Shown: in pieces, positions 62,376-64,000 of the stretch
Layout: each line of letters opens with the position of its first letter
Position numbering within the stretch: position 1 is the first letter of the stretch
DNA from: Strigamia acuminata
Lineage: Eukaryota
Assembly (NCBI GenBank): GCA_949358305.1
Contig: OX442314.1
Span: 14,384,001-14,448,000, forward strand
Length of the DNA stretch: 64,000 nucleotides
Direction: 5' to 3'
Position numbers and translations under genes: made by a program
Notes under the pieces: model-generated
Database searches by the model: none
What the model saw: only the letters and a program-made list of their open reading frames with translations
Told to the model about the DNA's origin: nothing

Positions 62376-64000
62376 CTATAAAAATTTCCGTTCAAAATCT
62401 GTGCCAGAAGACTTGCGAGCAAATTTCTGATCTGCAAGAGAAAGTTTTTTTATGGCTGTCAATGGGACTGTACCATCTTGGCTCTGGCCTTCGACAGGTA
62501 AATCTAACAAACTTTTGTCGTCGATCGTAGCAGGAGTTGTGGGTGAGAATCGGACTCGCGCCGACACGTACGACGAATCTTCACTGGTTATACTTTCCGG
62601 ATTAGTCGGCGTGGAAGCAGCCGAAGTCCACACTTGGGGCGATGCTAATTGAATGGAGGTGCCGTACTTGAGCTTGGATTGCCGAGGCCTTGGAGGCAAA
62701 TCGAGAGATGTGGGCCTTTCTCCGGCCTCTTGGCTGTTCTGGCGGGAAGACCTAGGGGGTGGCTGTGGAGGACCGGAGGATCCGGGATAATTCGTATGTG
62801 TGGGACTGCTGAGCACATCCTCTTCATCTTCCAAATGAAAAGAAGGATTAATGTTGCTCGAAGTCGTCGACGCGTTGGAAACATTCGAAGGTGTACGTCG
62901 ATGCCCCCTCAAAGCAGGACTTAGCGTCGAGCCCGGATGCCGGGTAGGAGTCGACCAGACCGGTGCTGGACCGCTGATGCTACTAGCCGGATTTTCATAT
63001 GCGTGGTATCCGTCCTGATGCCGCACATATTCTGGATAAATACGTTCATAGTAAACATCAGTACGACCGTAGTCTGGAGGATAGGCCCTATTCGGTTCTA
63101 CGTAGTATGTACCATATTCTCCCTGATAATTTTGATAATAGTGGAACACGGTATCATGCGCAGGTCTGCCCATCCCGCTGTGCTCTGGGTACGCGTGGTG
63201 CGAATCCTGCCGCATATATTCTCCCCCAACATATGCGGGGCGATCCGCAACCACCGACACATTACTAGAGGCGTGCGTGTGTTGGTCACTCTCTGTGCTA
63301 GCACTCGAAGATTTTCTCCTAACGGGTGAATGCGTGATGCCGCTATATGGTACATGTTGCGGAGAATCTGTAAACCTTAAGGGCTTACTATCGAAATTGA
63401 TGCTAGGTCGTAAATGTCTCGTCTGGCCGTGATAAGTGTTATGGGGATAGCCCGACGTCGATGAAAATTCGTAATCGGCTCCTAAATTTGAATCTCGGCA
63501 CCACCGCTTCTCTTCTTCATCCTCTTCCGTTCTGAAAATTGACAATCTTTCATAAACAACCGTAAAACACAAATTTATTCCTTTTCTTATAACCTGTTGG
63601 CACTTAAGCGTGGATGTATACTCGTGCTCCGAATGTCAAACCCAGCACCAACACCGGCGATCATGGCAGCGATATTGCACAGCAATACTTCCGTAACTCG
63701 GCAAGGCGCGTTACGTTTGCTCTGAGTGGGTTCAGGAGTGGTCGTCCCATTGTAGATTGTGGAACTATAGTGCATTTTTGCAATTCCTGACGATTCTGGC
63801 CAATCTTCCTCTTTGCAGTCTGTTTTAAAAACGTACAAACATTAGTTACCACAACTAAGAAACTCGCTTCCAAAAACATTACCAAATTCTTGCAAAGCAG
63901 CAATATTGGCCATGCCACCGGCAGGGAATGTGCGCAATGTTTTCTCCAAGTTGGGAGCACTCTTGGACCATCTCTTATTGCCGTCGATGATGCGCGATCT
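62376..64000 (-). CDS. slpr: Mixed-lineage kinase (MAP3K9/10/11/21, slipper-like), C-terminal exons; continues beyond window end
   Basis: The kinase domain is outside the window. The spliced tail carries MLK motifs in the right order: KRWSKSAPNL, LLCNIAAMIAGVGAGFDIR, GHRRTPS, ERPTSLDLPPRPRQS and KSLLDLPVEGQSQDGTVPL. Confidence 0.8.

Noticed and set aside
62252..63355. Multiple antisense and alternative-frame ORFs over the MLK last exon
   Set aside because: Explained by the long GC-richer coding exon on the minus strand.

Overview
AT-rich, gene-dense eukaryotic DNA with mostly ~55-75 nt GT-AG introns; an invertebrate, probably an arthropod (inference only). Splicing the exons by hand gives 14 protein-coding genes: ERR nuclear receptor (5' part, -), PHF10/SAYP (+), DRC7/CCDC135 (-), a secreted serpin (-), SIRT2 (+), TMEM63 (-), MEA1 (+), PP2A B56 gamma/delta-type subunit (-), alpha-actinin (-), DCAF5 (-), DNAL1 (+), a TRERF1/MIDEAS/ZNF541-type ELM2-SANT zinc-finger gene (-), atlastin (+) and a mixed-lineage kinase (3' part, -). 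Non-autonomous DNA transposons lie in the larger introns and one intergenic gap. They include a hAT-like element with an 8-bp TSD and a 764-bp near-perfect foldback element. No prokaryote-type novel system, rRNA, tRNA or CRISPR array was seen. Most notable are: three gene pairs whose adjacency and orientation match human loci as I recall them; mutually exclusive exons plus a candidate microexon in alpha-actinin; a tandemly duplicated last intron in atlastin; RFX X-boxes just upstream of both motile-cilia genes; and a possible PTS1 on SIRT2. Exon boundaries were read by eye and need RNA-seq confirmation.
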